Shown piece by piece: positions 26,324 through 34,287 of a stretch of DNA of 64,000 nucleotides. Every line of letters starts with the position of its first letter. The stretch's first letter is position 1. Source of the stretch: Parvularculaceae bacterium (GTDB taxonomy: Bacteria; Pseudomonadota; Alphaproteobacteria; Caulobacterales; Parvularculaceae); the NCBI GenBank assembly GCA_020446945.1, contig JAGRDS010000002.1, positions 190,194 through 254,193 of the forward strand, written 5' to 3'. Below the pieces are notes generated by a model that saw only the letters and a list, made by a program, of their open reading frames with translations, was not told where the DNA came from and ran no database searches. The translations under genes were made by a program, and so were the position numbers.

Positions 26324-27268
26324 TTGTCAGCCTTAACGCGCGATGAATCGGCGGTTGAGGAAGCCGGAATTCTGCAAATGGCGCGTGAGGCGGCAGATAA
26401 GATCGAGGAACCGCTCGACTGGCGGCGCCGGTTTGCGCTTGAAAGCCGGCGTTTCAACGCCTGGTGGGAAGGTTACGCCTTCGATGCAAGCGAGGTGCGC
26501 GCGCTGCTGGCCGAAGAAGCGTTGTCGGATCGCGCGCCGGCGGGACCGCCCGAACAGAACATCGCCCTTTCGATCTGGGGGGAGGATCGTCTCGAACCGG
26601 GAGACCCGGCCTGGACGATGCGCCACGCCCGCACGCTCGGCGTCACCCTAAAAGCGCGTATCGTCGTTCTCGGCGCCGGGCTCGGCGGGCCGGTGCGCGA
26701 TCTGAAAAACGGTACGCGCTGGAAGCTTTCGGGTTATGCGCGCATCGCCGAGCCGATCAAATCTCTGGACATCATTCCCTATGACGCCGCGCTCTCGCGC
26801 ATCAATCGCGCCAGCGCCGATGGCGGCATTTCATTCTTCGAGCTGCATCGCGATCCCGATCCGGCGATGATGGCGCTATTCGCCGCCGAACTCGTCAAGG
26901 CGAACGCGCCGTTCGCCTTCGTCGATTTCACGGTCGCGCGCCGCGGGGCGCGATTGCGCCCGTGTTTTCCCGAACCATGGTCCGGCGCGCCGCGCCTCGC
27001 CGATCAACTGGCGGACCTCATCGATAAGTCCGGTTTTCGCGTAAATGACGTCGTTGACGAAACGCGCGCATTCCTGCCGCTTGTCTCGCGCGGCTGGTCG
27101 CACTGGCGCGCGGCTTATGCGCGCGTTCGCGATATCACGAACCGCCGCCAGCGCGCCGAACATCTGCGCCTTCTCGCGCAATACGCCCATCTTTGGGCTG
27201 AACGATTCGACGCCATCAAGGCCGGCCAGTTGCAGGTGACGCGGATATTGGCGCGCCGCAAGGGCTAG
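26324..27268 (+). CDS. Hypothetical protein with a degenerate Rossmann/methyltransferase-like glycine loop (start uncertain; alternative ATG at 26378)
   Basis: A 314-aa ORF with the coding-type composition of this genome. It has a VVLGAGLGGPVRDL motif. I recognised no confident family. Confidence 0.5.
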   Translation: MSALTRDESAVEEAGILQMAREAADKIEEPLDWRRRFALESRRFNAWWEGYAFDASEVRALLAEEALSDRAPAGPPEQNIALSIWGEDRLEPGDPAWTMRHARTLGVTLKARIVVLGAGLGGPVRDLKNGTRWKLSGYARIAEPIKSLDIIPYDAALSRINRASADGGISFFELHRDPDPAMMALFAAELVKANAPFAFVDFTVARRGARLRPCFPEPWSGAPRLADQLADLIDKSGFRVNDVVDETRAFLPLVSRGWSHWRAAYARVRDITNRRQRAEHLRLLAQYAHLWAERFDAIKAGQLQVTRILARRKG

Positions 27269-27271
27269 GCG

Positions 27272-28303
27272 TCAACGCCGGTATCGCATCCAGTCGTCGA
27301 TGCGGGCGAAGACGACATAGAGGGCCGAAAGAAGAATTATTACGAAAAGCGCAAACTGAAGCTGTGCGTCTACGGCGTGTTTTTCATGTTTCGAGGGCCG
27401 GTCATCGGCGGCGATCGTTCCGGTCGTTGTTCCACCAGTCGTTATTTCGCTGGGAGTTGTTTCTCCCGTTATTGTTTCACCAGATGTTGTTTCGCTGGGC
27501 GTTTTCGCGTCAGGTTTTGCTGGTCCGTGGGTTGTTTGTCCCGGAGCTGCTTGTCCGGGCGCTGGTCCGTGAACGGATGAATTCTCACCGGTTGCGCCGG
27601 CGCCGGCGCTCTCGCCGAGACCGCCAGCGCCTGGCGGTTTTTCGGTAAGCCCTGTTCCGTCTTCGATGTTGGTTTCAACCTGGTTGAGTTCGTCGGCGCT
27701 GTCCCTGCCGATGGTCGATGCGGCGGCGCCGGCGCCGCCGGCGACGGCCGCGCCCTGGATCGTACGGCTGTCGCCGAGGCTTTCGCGGCGCGGGGGATCT
27801 TCAATCGGCGTGACGCGCGAATTCTCCGCCAATTCTTCCGGCTTTCTGACAATCGGCGGTTTGACCGGCGTCAGGAAGCGCGCGCGCTCGGCTGCGCGGC
27901 GGCGGATCAGTCCGGGAATTTCGCGCAGGACGCCTTCGATCGACGCCTTGTTCCACCAGCTTATTGCGTCCGCGGCGCCTAGCCGGTCGCCGCGGTTCAG
28001 TCGTTTGCGAACCGTCGAGTTCTTGAACGCCTGCGCGCCGATATTAAAGACGAAGGAAACGAGCGCATCGAATTCGTTCTGGTTGAGCGGCTTGCTCGTC
28101 AGTTGATCGACGGCGCGCTCGCGCGCGGCGAGGTCGCGGCGCAGCAGGTCTTCGGCCTCGCTTTCGCTTATCCGCTGATCGGGACCGGCCGTTTCGGTAT
28201 GGCCGTAGCCGATCGTCCATACGCCCGCGATATCGCGATAGGATTGAAGCTCCAGCCCTTCGAACCGCTTTATGAGTTCGATGCCGGCATCTGAAATTTT
28301 CAT
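27272..28303 (-). CDS. GH24 (phage T4-type) lysozyme domain, Thr/Gly/Pro-rich linker and a C-terminal transmembrane anchor
   Basis: The N-terminus reads MKISDAGIELIKRFEGLELQSYRDIAGVWTIGYGHT. E15/D24/T30 have the same 9- and 6-residue spacing as T4 lysozyme E11/D20/T26. There is no N-terminal signal peptide. The linker reads ETTSGETITGETTPSEITTGGTTTGT. The C-terminal TM segment is FALFVIILLSALYVVFA. Confidence 0.85.
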   Translation of the reverse strand: MKISDAGIELIKRFEGLELQSYRDIAGVWTIGYGHTETAGPDQRISESEAEDLLRRDLAARERAVDQLTSKPLNQNEFDALVSFVFNIGAQAFKNSTVRKRLNRGDRLGAADAISWWNKASIEGVLREIPGLIRRRAAERARFLTPVKPPIVRKPEELAENSRVTPIEDPPRRESLGDSRTIQGAAVAGGAGAAASTIGRDSADELNQVETNIEDGTGLTEKPPGAGGLGESAGAGATGENSSVHGPAPGQAAPGQTTHGPAKPDAKTPSETTSGETITGETTPSEITTGGTTTGTIAADDRPSKHEKHAVDAQLQFALFVIILLSALYVVFARIDDWMRYRR

Positions 28304-28504
28304 CGCCGCGTCGTTCCCCCTTTCAAAGCCTCGCCGCCCCGGCCGGTCGCCATTCTAGATACTGAATCCGGCGGAAGGGAGGCGCATCGCGGCGACGCAA
28401 CTTCACACCTTCGCGCTCTATGCCTCAGCGACGGATGTGGTAGGCTCACCGGGTTCGCGTCGTGGGGGCGCAGGTCAGGGGTCACGTACTCGGTGAGGGG
28501 TCAA

Positions 28505-29197
28505 ATGAATAAGACATTGAAATTGTTTGCAGTTGCGGGCGCCATCTCGATGGCGGGCGGCGCCGCGCCGGCGCTGGCGCAAAACACGCTCAATCCCGGC
28601 GGCGCTCTCGCCCATACGACGAGCGCGAGCGACGTCGCCTCGATGCTGTCCGATTTCTCCATCACCACGGAACGGCGCGCCGGCGCGCCCGGCGGCGCAC
28701 CGACACTCGTCGCCTCCATTCCGGGCGGCGCAAAGTTTCTTGTCGGCTTTTTCGATTGCGCCGACATGGCGAACGCCGCCGGATGCAAGCAGGTGATGGT
28801 GTCGACGGCGATGTCTTCGGGCGGCGTCAATTTCGAAGATCTGAACGCTTTCAACGGACAGTCAAGCGTGACCACCGTCGTATACGAGCCGAACAATCAG
28901 ATCCTGATTTTCGGCCGCAACATTTTCATGCCGGGCGGCGTCGGGCGCGAAAACTTCAAGCTTCAGGTTTCGCTGTTCCTCAACGACATGCAAACCTATG
29001 TCACCACGCGCCGCGAGACGGCGAAGTCGGTATCGTATATGGAAACGCCGAGGCTGAAATCGAAAATCGCCTCGATGACGGCGAACGCCGCGCCGGGTGC
29101 GCCGCGCTATTCGATAAGCTTCGATCGCGCGTCGGAAATCGAGGCGGCGATCGCCAATTCGTTTGACGTCGATTTCGTCGTCAAGTCGAGCGAGTGA
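28505..29197 (+). CDS. Secreted hypothetical protein (possibly YbjN-like fold)
   Basis: The ATG at 28505 follows GAGGGG. The signal peptide is MNKTLKLFAVAGAISMAGGAAPALA|Q. A Cys pair is present (FFDCADMANAAGC). The family assignment is weak. Confidence 0.6.
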   Translation: MNKTLKLFAVAGAISMAGGAAPALAQNTLNPGGALAHTTSASDVASMLSDFSITTERRAGAPGGAPTLVASIPGGAKFLVGFFDCADMANAAGCKQVMVSTAMSSGGVNFEDLNAFNGQSSVTTVVYEPNNQILIFGRNIFMPGGVGRENFKLQVSLFLNDMQTYVTTRRETAKSVSYMETPRLKSKIASMTANAAPGAPRYSISFDRASEIEAAIANSFDVDFVVKSSE

Positions 29198-29198
29198 A

Positions 29199-29621
29199 TC
29201 AGGCCTTGTTGTCGAGAATCAAGGGCGCGGCGTTTGCGCGACGCGCGCCGTAACCGGGCTCTGCCGTTTTTCCCGCTTCTTCGGCGATCGCTTTCATAAC
29301 GCTTTCGCTCGCCGCGCGCGCGCCGTCTATCAGGGCGCGCTGGCGCTGCGCGCGCGCTTCGAATGTCTTCGTCAATTCGCGCAATTCAGCGATCAGCCCT
29401 TCGCCGGCGCCGGCCATGCTGGAGCGATCGGCGGCGACGGCGCGGATCGATTGGGCGTAGGCGGCGGCGAGGCGCGCCTTGTCCGGCTGCAATGCGGCAA
29501 GCGCCTGCGGGCGTCGCGATTCAAGCGCTTCGTTTTCACGCGTGATGATGCCGGTCAGCTCCTCGGTGAGCGCGATCAGCGTTTTCACGCGGCCGGCGGC
29601 GTCAAGAGCGGTCTCGCTCAT
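29199..29621 (-). CDS. Flagellar-locus helical protein (FlbY/FlgN-like by position)
   Basis: 140 aa, Ala/Glu/Arg-rich and helical. It is the last gene of the flgI-cheL-X operon (4-nt overlaps), the position occupied by flbY in Caulobacter. There is no independent motif evidence. Confidence 0.45.
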   Translation of the reverse strand: MSETALDAAGRVKTLIALTEELTGIITRENEALESRRPQALAALQPDKARLAAAYAQSIRAVAADRSSMAGAGEGLIAELRELTKTFEARAQRQRALIDGARAASESVMKAIAEEAGKTAEPGYGARRANAAPLILDNKA

Positions 29622-29926
29622 GGTCTGTTCTCCCGATTGTCGCTTTGAAGATTGATGAGCGCCGATTTCACATGGTCCGCGACGCCGAAGCCGCCGCGTT
29701 CGGCCATCGCCTTCGCGTAGGATTCCTGGAGAAGGCTCTTGAAAAATTCCTCGCTCTTGCCGCCGCCTGCGATTTCCGGGGTTGAGATCGAATTGAACAG
29801 CGGCGCGAGCATCTGCGCGATGAACACGGCCTCGAAATCCCTGGCGGCGGCGTCGGCGCGCGAGGTCTGTGCGCCGGGCGCGGCGGGGGAGAAGAAACCG
29901 GCGGCGGGCGTCGCGTCGATCATCAC
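29618..29926 (-). CDS. Flagellar rod-binding protein (FlgJ N-terminal-domain-only / CheL-like)
   Basis: 102 aa with a rod-binding domain pattern (FEAVFIAQMLAPLF...FKSLLQESYAKAMAERGGFG). It has no muramidase domain. Confidence 0.8.
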   Translation of the reverse strand: MMIDATPAAGFFSPAAPGAQTSRADAAARDFEAVFIAQMLAPLFNSISTPEIAGGGKSEEFFKSLLQESYAKAMAERGGFGVADHVKSALINLQSDNRENRP

Positions 29927-31056
29927 AGAACCTCGATATCCGCCTGCAAGGCGCCGGCCGCCTTTATCGCCTGCAAGATCGCGATGAGATCGCGCGGGGA
30001 TACGCCGAGCGCGTTCAGACCATCGACGAGATCGCGAAGGCGCACGCTTTCCTCGACGATCTTCAGATCCGCGGGCTCGTCGTCAGCGCCGACCGATGTG
30101 CGCGGCACGACGACGGTTTCGCCGCCATACGAGAAGGGCGAGGGCTGGCTCACCTGCGGCGTTTCGCCGACCGAGATCGTCAGGTTCCCCTGTGCGATCG
30201 CCACGGTCGATACGCGCACGTCATCGCCGATAACGACCACGCCGGCCGTTTCGTCGATGACGATCTTGGCGCGCGTGTCGGCGTCGACGTTTATTTTTTC
30301 GATGCGCGCAATGAGCGAGACCATATCGCCGGAATAATTCTGCGGACGGATCAGTTTGACCGTGCCGGGATCGGCGACGGACGCCGCGCCGGCGCCGAGC
30401 GCGGAATTGATGGCGGCGCTGATGCGGCCCGCCGTGGTGAAATCGGGATTTCTGAGCGCCAGGCGAATGCTGTCGCGCGCGGCGATGTCATAGGCGATCT
30501 CGCGTTCGACGACGGCGCCGTTGGCTATGCGCCCGTTTGTCGGCACGCCGCGCGTTAATGACGCAGCCTGTCCGCGCGCGGCGTAGCCGCCGACGGCGAG
30601 CGATCCCTGGGCGACGGCGTAAACCTCGCCGTCCGCGCCGTAAAGCGGCGTCACCAGAAGAACGCCGCCGCGCAGGCTTTCCGCATCGCCGAGCGCGGAT
30701 ACCGACACGTCGATGCGCGCGCCCTGCGTCGCAAAAGGCGGCAGGTTCGCCGTCACCATGACCGCGGCGATGTTCTCCGTATCGAGCGCTTCGGATCTGA
30801 TATTGACGCCCATCCGCTCCAGCATCGAAACGAGGCTTTCGCGCGTGAACGGCGTGTTGCGAATGCGATCGCCCGTGCCGTCGAGGCCGACGACGAGGCC
30901 GTATCCGATCAGCATGTTGTCGCGCACGCCCTCAATATCGGCGAGATCCTTGATGCGCGCGGCCGAATGCGCCGGTCCGATCGAGACTGACAGGGTCAGC
31001 GACAGGAAAAAGGCGAACAGGAAAACTTTCGAAAGACTGAACGATTGGCTCGGCAC
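29923..31056 (-). CDS. flgI: Flagellar P-ring protein
   Basis: The FlgI sequence reads RIKDLADIEGVRDNMLIGYGLVVGLDGTGD...ALQADIEVL. I prefer the GTG at 31056, which gives the signal peptide MPSQSFSLSKVFLFAFFLSLTLSVSIGPAHSAA. The track TTG at 31137 would place a sigma54-like promoter inside the ORF. Confidence 0.9.
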   Translation of the reverse strand: MPSQSFSLSKVFLFAFFLSLTLSVSIGPAHSAARIKDLADIEGVRDNMLIGYGLVVGLDGTGDRIRNTPFTRESLVSMLERMGVNIRSEALDTENIAAVMVTANLPPFATQGARIDVSVSALGDAESLRGGVLLVTPLYGADGEVYAVAQGSLAVGGYAARGQAASLTRGVPTNGRIANGAVVEREIAYDIAARDSIRLALRNPDFTTAGRISAAINSALGAGAASVADPGTVKLIRPQNYSGDMVSLIARIEKINVDADTRAKIVIDETAGVVVIGDDVRVSTVAIAQGNLTISVGETPQVSQPSPFSYGGETVVVPRTSVGADDEPADLKIVEESVRLRDLVDGLNALGVSPRDLIAILQAIKAAGALQADIEVL

Positions 31057-31104
31057 GTCGGGTCGCTTCCATAACGCCCCGCAGATTCGGGGGCGCCCTA
31101 TATC

Positions 31105-31120
31105 AGCGAGTTGCGTGCCA
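31105..31120 (-). promoter_or_regulatory. Sigma54-type promoter candidate TGGCAC-GCAAC-TCGCT upstream of flgI
   Basis: Read on the minus strand. The -24 GG and -12 GC have canonical spacing. It lies ~50 nt upstream of the proposed GTG start. Confidence 0.55.
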
Positions 31121-31297
31121 ACCGGGCCTGGCTTCAAAAGCGAAGCGTTTCCAAGGAATTACGCAACGATGACGCGCGCCGCGCGCCGATCGCGGCTGAA
31201 ACGCTGGAACATGTTGCCGGGAAATATTTTCCTGCTTAACGAAACCTTTATGAGAAGCGAGGCAGTATGGCGGCGAAAGAATTTGATTGGCGTACCG

Positions 31298-31717
31298 ATG
31301 ATAAAGGTAACGGGAACGGGCGGGCCGAACGCCGCGCGCGGCGCGCAAAGGACAGGCGGCGCGCGCAAGGCGTCAACCGGATCATTCAGGCCGGATGAAG
31401 CGGCCGGCGTTCATCAGGGCGCGCCGTCGGCCTGCGCGCATGAAACCGCATCAACATCGGCGCTCGGCGCGCTGATTGCGCTCCAGGGCGATGACCGGCG
31501 ACGCGGGGCGCGCCATCAGGCGATGGCAGAACGCATGTTGATGCTGCTCGAAAGACTGCGCGACGGCCTCGTCGAAGGGCGCATCGCCGTCGCCGATCTT
31601 GAGGCGCTTTGTAATGCTGCAAGTGCGAAATTGGACGATCCGGATGAGGAAATCGCCCGGCTTTACGCCGAAATCGCCCTGCGCGCGCGCGTTGAACTCG
31701 CCAAGCTCGGGCGCTGA
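31298..31717 (+). CDS. fliX: Flagellar assembly regulator FliX
   Basis: 139 aa beginning MIKVTGTGGPNAARGAQRTGG..., with a helical C-terminus. It is divergent from flgI, as in Caulobacter. The long track ORF (30713) is an over-extension antisense to flgI. Confidence 0.7.
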   Translation: MIKVTGTGGPNAARGAQRTGGARKASTGSFRPDEAAGVHQGAPSACAHETASTSALGALIALQGDDRRRGARHQAMAERMLMLLERLRDGLVEGRIAVADLEALCNAASAKLDDPDEEIARLYAEIALRARVELAKLGR

Positions 31718-31866
31718 CGCGCCGCCGGCGCGCGCCATGCGGGATTTTTAACAGCTTTGTGAAATTGATCGCTCCGGCGTCCCTTTTTCAAGGCGGGTTT
31801 TTGCGTCTTGAGACGGCGGGCAGGCGCGATTATACAGGCCGCGCTTGAGGGGAGGGAGTAACTGAA

Positions 31867-32331
31867 TTGGCTGCGAAAAAAGTGAGCAGGTCCGTGAGTT
31901 CCAGGAAGAACAAACAGGTCGACGTCGACCTCGCCGACTATCGTCCCGATGAGTCGGAACCCTTCATGAACGATCGACAGAAAGAATATTTCCGCCGCAA
32001 GCTTCTTGAATGGAAAACCGACATTTTGCGCGAAAGCAGATACACGCTTGAACAGCTTCAGGAAGAAAGCCTCCATCTTCCAGATATCGCCGATCGCGCG
32101 TCGAGCGAGACTGACAAGGCGATCGAACTGAGAACGCGCGACCGGCAACGCAAGCTGATTTCGAAGATCGATTCCGCGCTGCGCCGCATCGAAACGGGCG
32201 AGTACGGATTTTGTGAGGAAACCGGCGAGCCTATCGGCCTTCGCCGACTGGAGGCCCGCCCGATTGCGACCTTGTCGCTCGAAGCGCAGGAGCGTCACGA
32301 GCGTTCCGAAAAGGTTCATCGCGACGACTGA
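31867..32331 (+). CDS. dksA: RNA polymerase-binding transcription factor DksA (variant with a single Cys in the finger region)
   Basis: 154 aa with a TTG start. It reads FMNDRQKEYFRRKLLEWK...DRASSETD...RIETGEYGFCEETGEPIGLRRLEARPIATLSLEAQ. The CxxC...CxxC finger is replaced by CxxT...TxxL. Confidence 0.9.
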   Translation: MAAKKVSRSVSSRKNKQVDVDLADYRPDESEPFMNDRQKEYFRRKLLEWKTDILRESRYTLEQLQEESLHLPDIADRASSETDKAIELRTRDRQRKLISKIDSALRRIETGEYGFCEETGEPIGLRRLEARPIATLSLEAQERHERSEKVHRDD

Positions 32332-32749
32332 AACGGCGTTGCTTCAAACGCAATCGGAACGACGCTTTCAGGTTTTTGCTGTTCGCATTTCCCGGCGGCG
32401 ATCCGCTCATACTTCGCATGGAATTGCGTCAGGCCGCGCCCGCGCATCGAAGCCAACTTGCGCCAGCTTTCATCTGAACCGGATTTGAGCCGAGACCTTG
32501 CGCCCCGCGAAGCTGCGGCGCCGTCGCCCTCGGTCTTATCGCATGCTGATTATTTGCTGCGGCATGCGTCGATCCGGCTTGCGTCGCCCCGGTGCGCCAT
32601 TCGCCGCGCAAATCGCCCCGCCGAAAGCGATAGACGCACGGCGCCGGCTTCACGGCGGACCGCTGCCCCCGCCTCCCGGCCGGGGCGGACCGAATGGCTT
32701 GCATAAGATATAAAGATATCCTTATATGGTCGCCGACAAGGAGATGCCC

Positions 32750-33838
32750 ATGGCCGGCGTAGACCCGTTTCCCGGACGCCCCGAGAGAATCGCCGCGCTT
32801 AAAAATGCGCTCGGCGAGCGTATCGTCGTTCTTGACGGCGCGTCGGGTACGTTCATCCAGTCCTATAATCTCGACGAGGCCGGATATCGCGGCGCGCGTT
32901 TCGCCGACTGGTCGTCGGACGTTCGCGGCAATAATGATCTCCTGATCCTGTCGCGGCCCGAAATCGTCACGGAAATGCACCGCGCCTATTTCGCCGCCGG
33001 CGCCGACATGATCGAGACCAACACGTTTTCATCGACGACGATCGCGCAGGCCGACTACGCGATGGAAGCGCTCGCCTATGAAATGAATGTCGAAGGTGCG
33101 CGCCTTGCGCGCGCGGCGGCGGATGCGGCCGCGCAGCCGAGCCATGCGAAATGGGTCGCCGGCGCGATCGGGCCGACCAATCGAACCGCGTCGATCTCGC
33201 CTGACGTCAACGATCCCGGCAAGCGCAATGTGGATTTCGATACGCTCGTCGCATCCTATGGCGAGGCCGCGCGCGGTCTTGTCGAAGGCGGCGCAGATAC
33301 GATCCTGATCGAAACGATTTTCGACACGCTGAACGCCAAGGCCGCGATCTACGCCGTGCGCTCGGTTTTCGACGAAATCGGTTTTGAATTGCCGATTATG
33401 CTGTCGGTGACGATCACGGACCAGTCGGGGCGCACCCTGTCGGGCCAGACGCCGGAAGCTTTCTGGCATTCGGTCGGCCACGCCAGGCCGATATCGGTCG
33501 GCATCAATTGCGCGCTCGGGCCCGATCTGATGCGCCCCTTCGTCGCCGAACTTTCGCGTGTCGCCGATTGCGCCTTGTCGGCCTATCCGAACGCCGGCCT
33601 GCCGAACGCCTTCGGCGGCTATGATGAAACGCCGTCATCCATGGCCGCGCATCTCGGCGAATGGGCGAAGTCGGGCCTTATCAACATCGTCGGCGGTTGT
33701 TGCGGGACGACGCCCGATCACATCGCCGCCTTTGCGCGCGCGGTGAAGGGCGTGAGCCCGCGTGAAATTCCCGTCGCGAAAGAAGGGCTGAGGCTTTCCG
33801 GGCTGGAGCCGTTCACGATACTGCGCGAGGCGTCGTAG
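32750..33838 (+). CDS. Stand-alone homocysteine S-methyltransferase (MetH N-terminal Hcy-binding module only)
   Basis: It reads [19 protein letters not shown]...INCALGP...[11 protein letters not shown]...[11 protein letters not shown] followed by a stop. I prefer the ATG at 32750 (AAGGAG plus 6 nt). No pterin, B12 or AdoMet modules follow. Confidence 0.85.
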   Translation: MAGVDPFPGRPERIAALKNALGERIVVLDGASGTFIQSYNLDEAGYRGARFADWSSDVRGNNDLLILSRPEIVTEMHRAYFAAGADMIETNTFSSTTIAQADYAMEALAYEMNVEGARLARAAADAAAQPSHAKWVAGAIGPTNRTASISPDVNDPGKRNVDFDTLVASYGEAARGLVEGGADTILIETIFDTLNAKAAIYAVRSVFDEIGFELPIMLSVTITDQSGRTLSGQTPEAFWHSVGHARPISVGINCALGPDLMRPFVAELSRVADCALSAYPNAGLPNAFGGYDETPSSMAAHLGEWAKSGLINIVGGCCGTTPDHIAAFARAVKGVSPREIPVAKEGLRLSGLEPFTILREAS

Positions 33839-33843
33839 CCGCC

Positions 33844-34236
33844 ATGGAAACGCAAAGGCGGCTGATCTGGATTCAGCGCCTGCTTGCGGCGCCTTTTCTC
33901 GTTCTTGGCGGATGGTGTCTGATTGCGCCGCACCAGGTCGAGGCGCTTTGCTTTCGCCCGGAATATCAACATTTGAGCGTTACGAGCGCGATCATGATCG
34001 GATGCTTCGGCGCGCAGGCGATGCTTTGCGGCCTGTTTATATCCTTGAGCAGGCTGACGCGGCGCGCCTTTCTCGCTTACGGGCTTTCACTCTTCCTGTT
34101 TTTCGCATTCAACTATTATTTCGTATTCGCAGAGCCGGTGTTCAGCAAATGGATGGCGCTCGATTTCATCGCCAATGTTTTCATGCTCGGCTTGTGCGTC
34201 ATGGGCTATCGGCTGAGTAAAAATACGCCGGCCTGA
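33844..34236 (+). CDS. Small integral membrane protein (about 4 TM segments), unknown function
   Basis: 130 aa with four hydrophobic segments. It is visibly less GC-rich than its neighbours. Its start lies 5 nt after the previous stop. Confidence 0.6.
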   Translation: METQRRLIWIQRLLAAPFLVLGGWCLIAPHQVEALCFRPEYQHLSVTSAIMIGCFGAQAMLCGLFISLSRLTRRAFLAYGLSLFLFFAFNYYFVFAEPVFSKWMALDFIANVFMLGLCVMGYRLSKNTPA

Positions 34237-34287
34237 TCGCGCGCCGCGCTATTCTCCGCGAGCGAAAAAATCGCTAGACAAGCGCCG

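Noticed and set aside
32560-32700. Possible cobalamin riboswitch in the leader of the MetH-module gene (GGTGCGCC...GCTGCCCCCGCC resembles the conserved GCCCCCGC segment).
   Set aside because: The other core elements are absent: AGGGAA, GGUG-AAUCC, the GCCACUG pairing and the B12 box AGYCMGGAGACCUGCC. The SAM-II core could not be recognised either. A covariance-model scan is needed for a firm answer.
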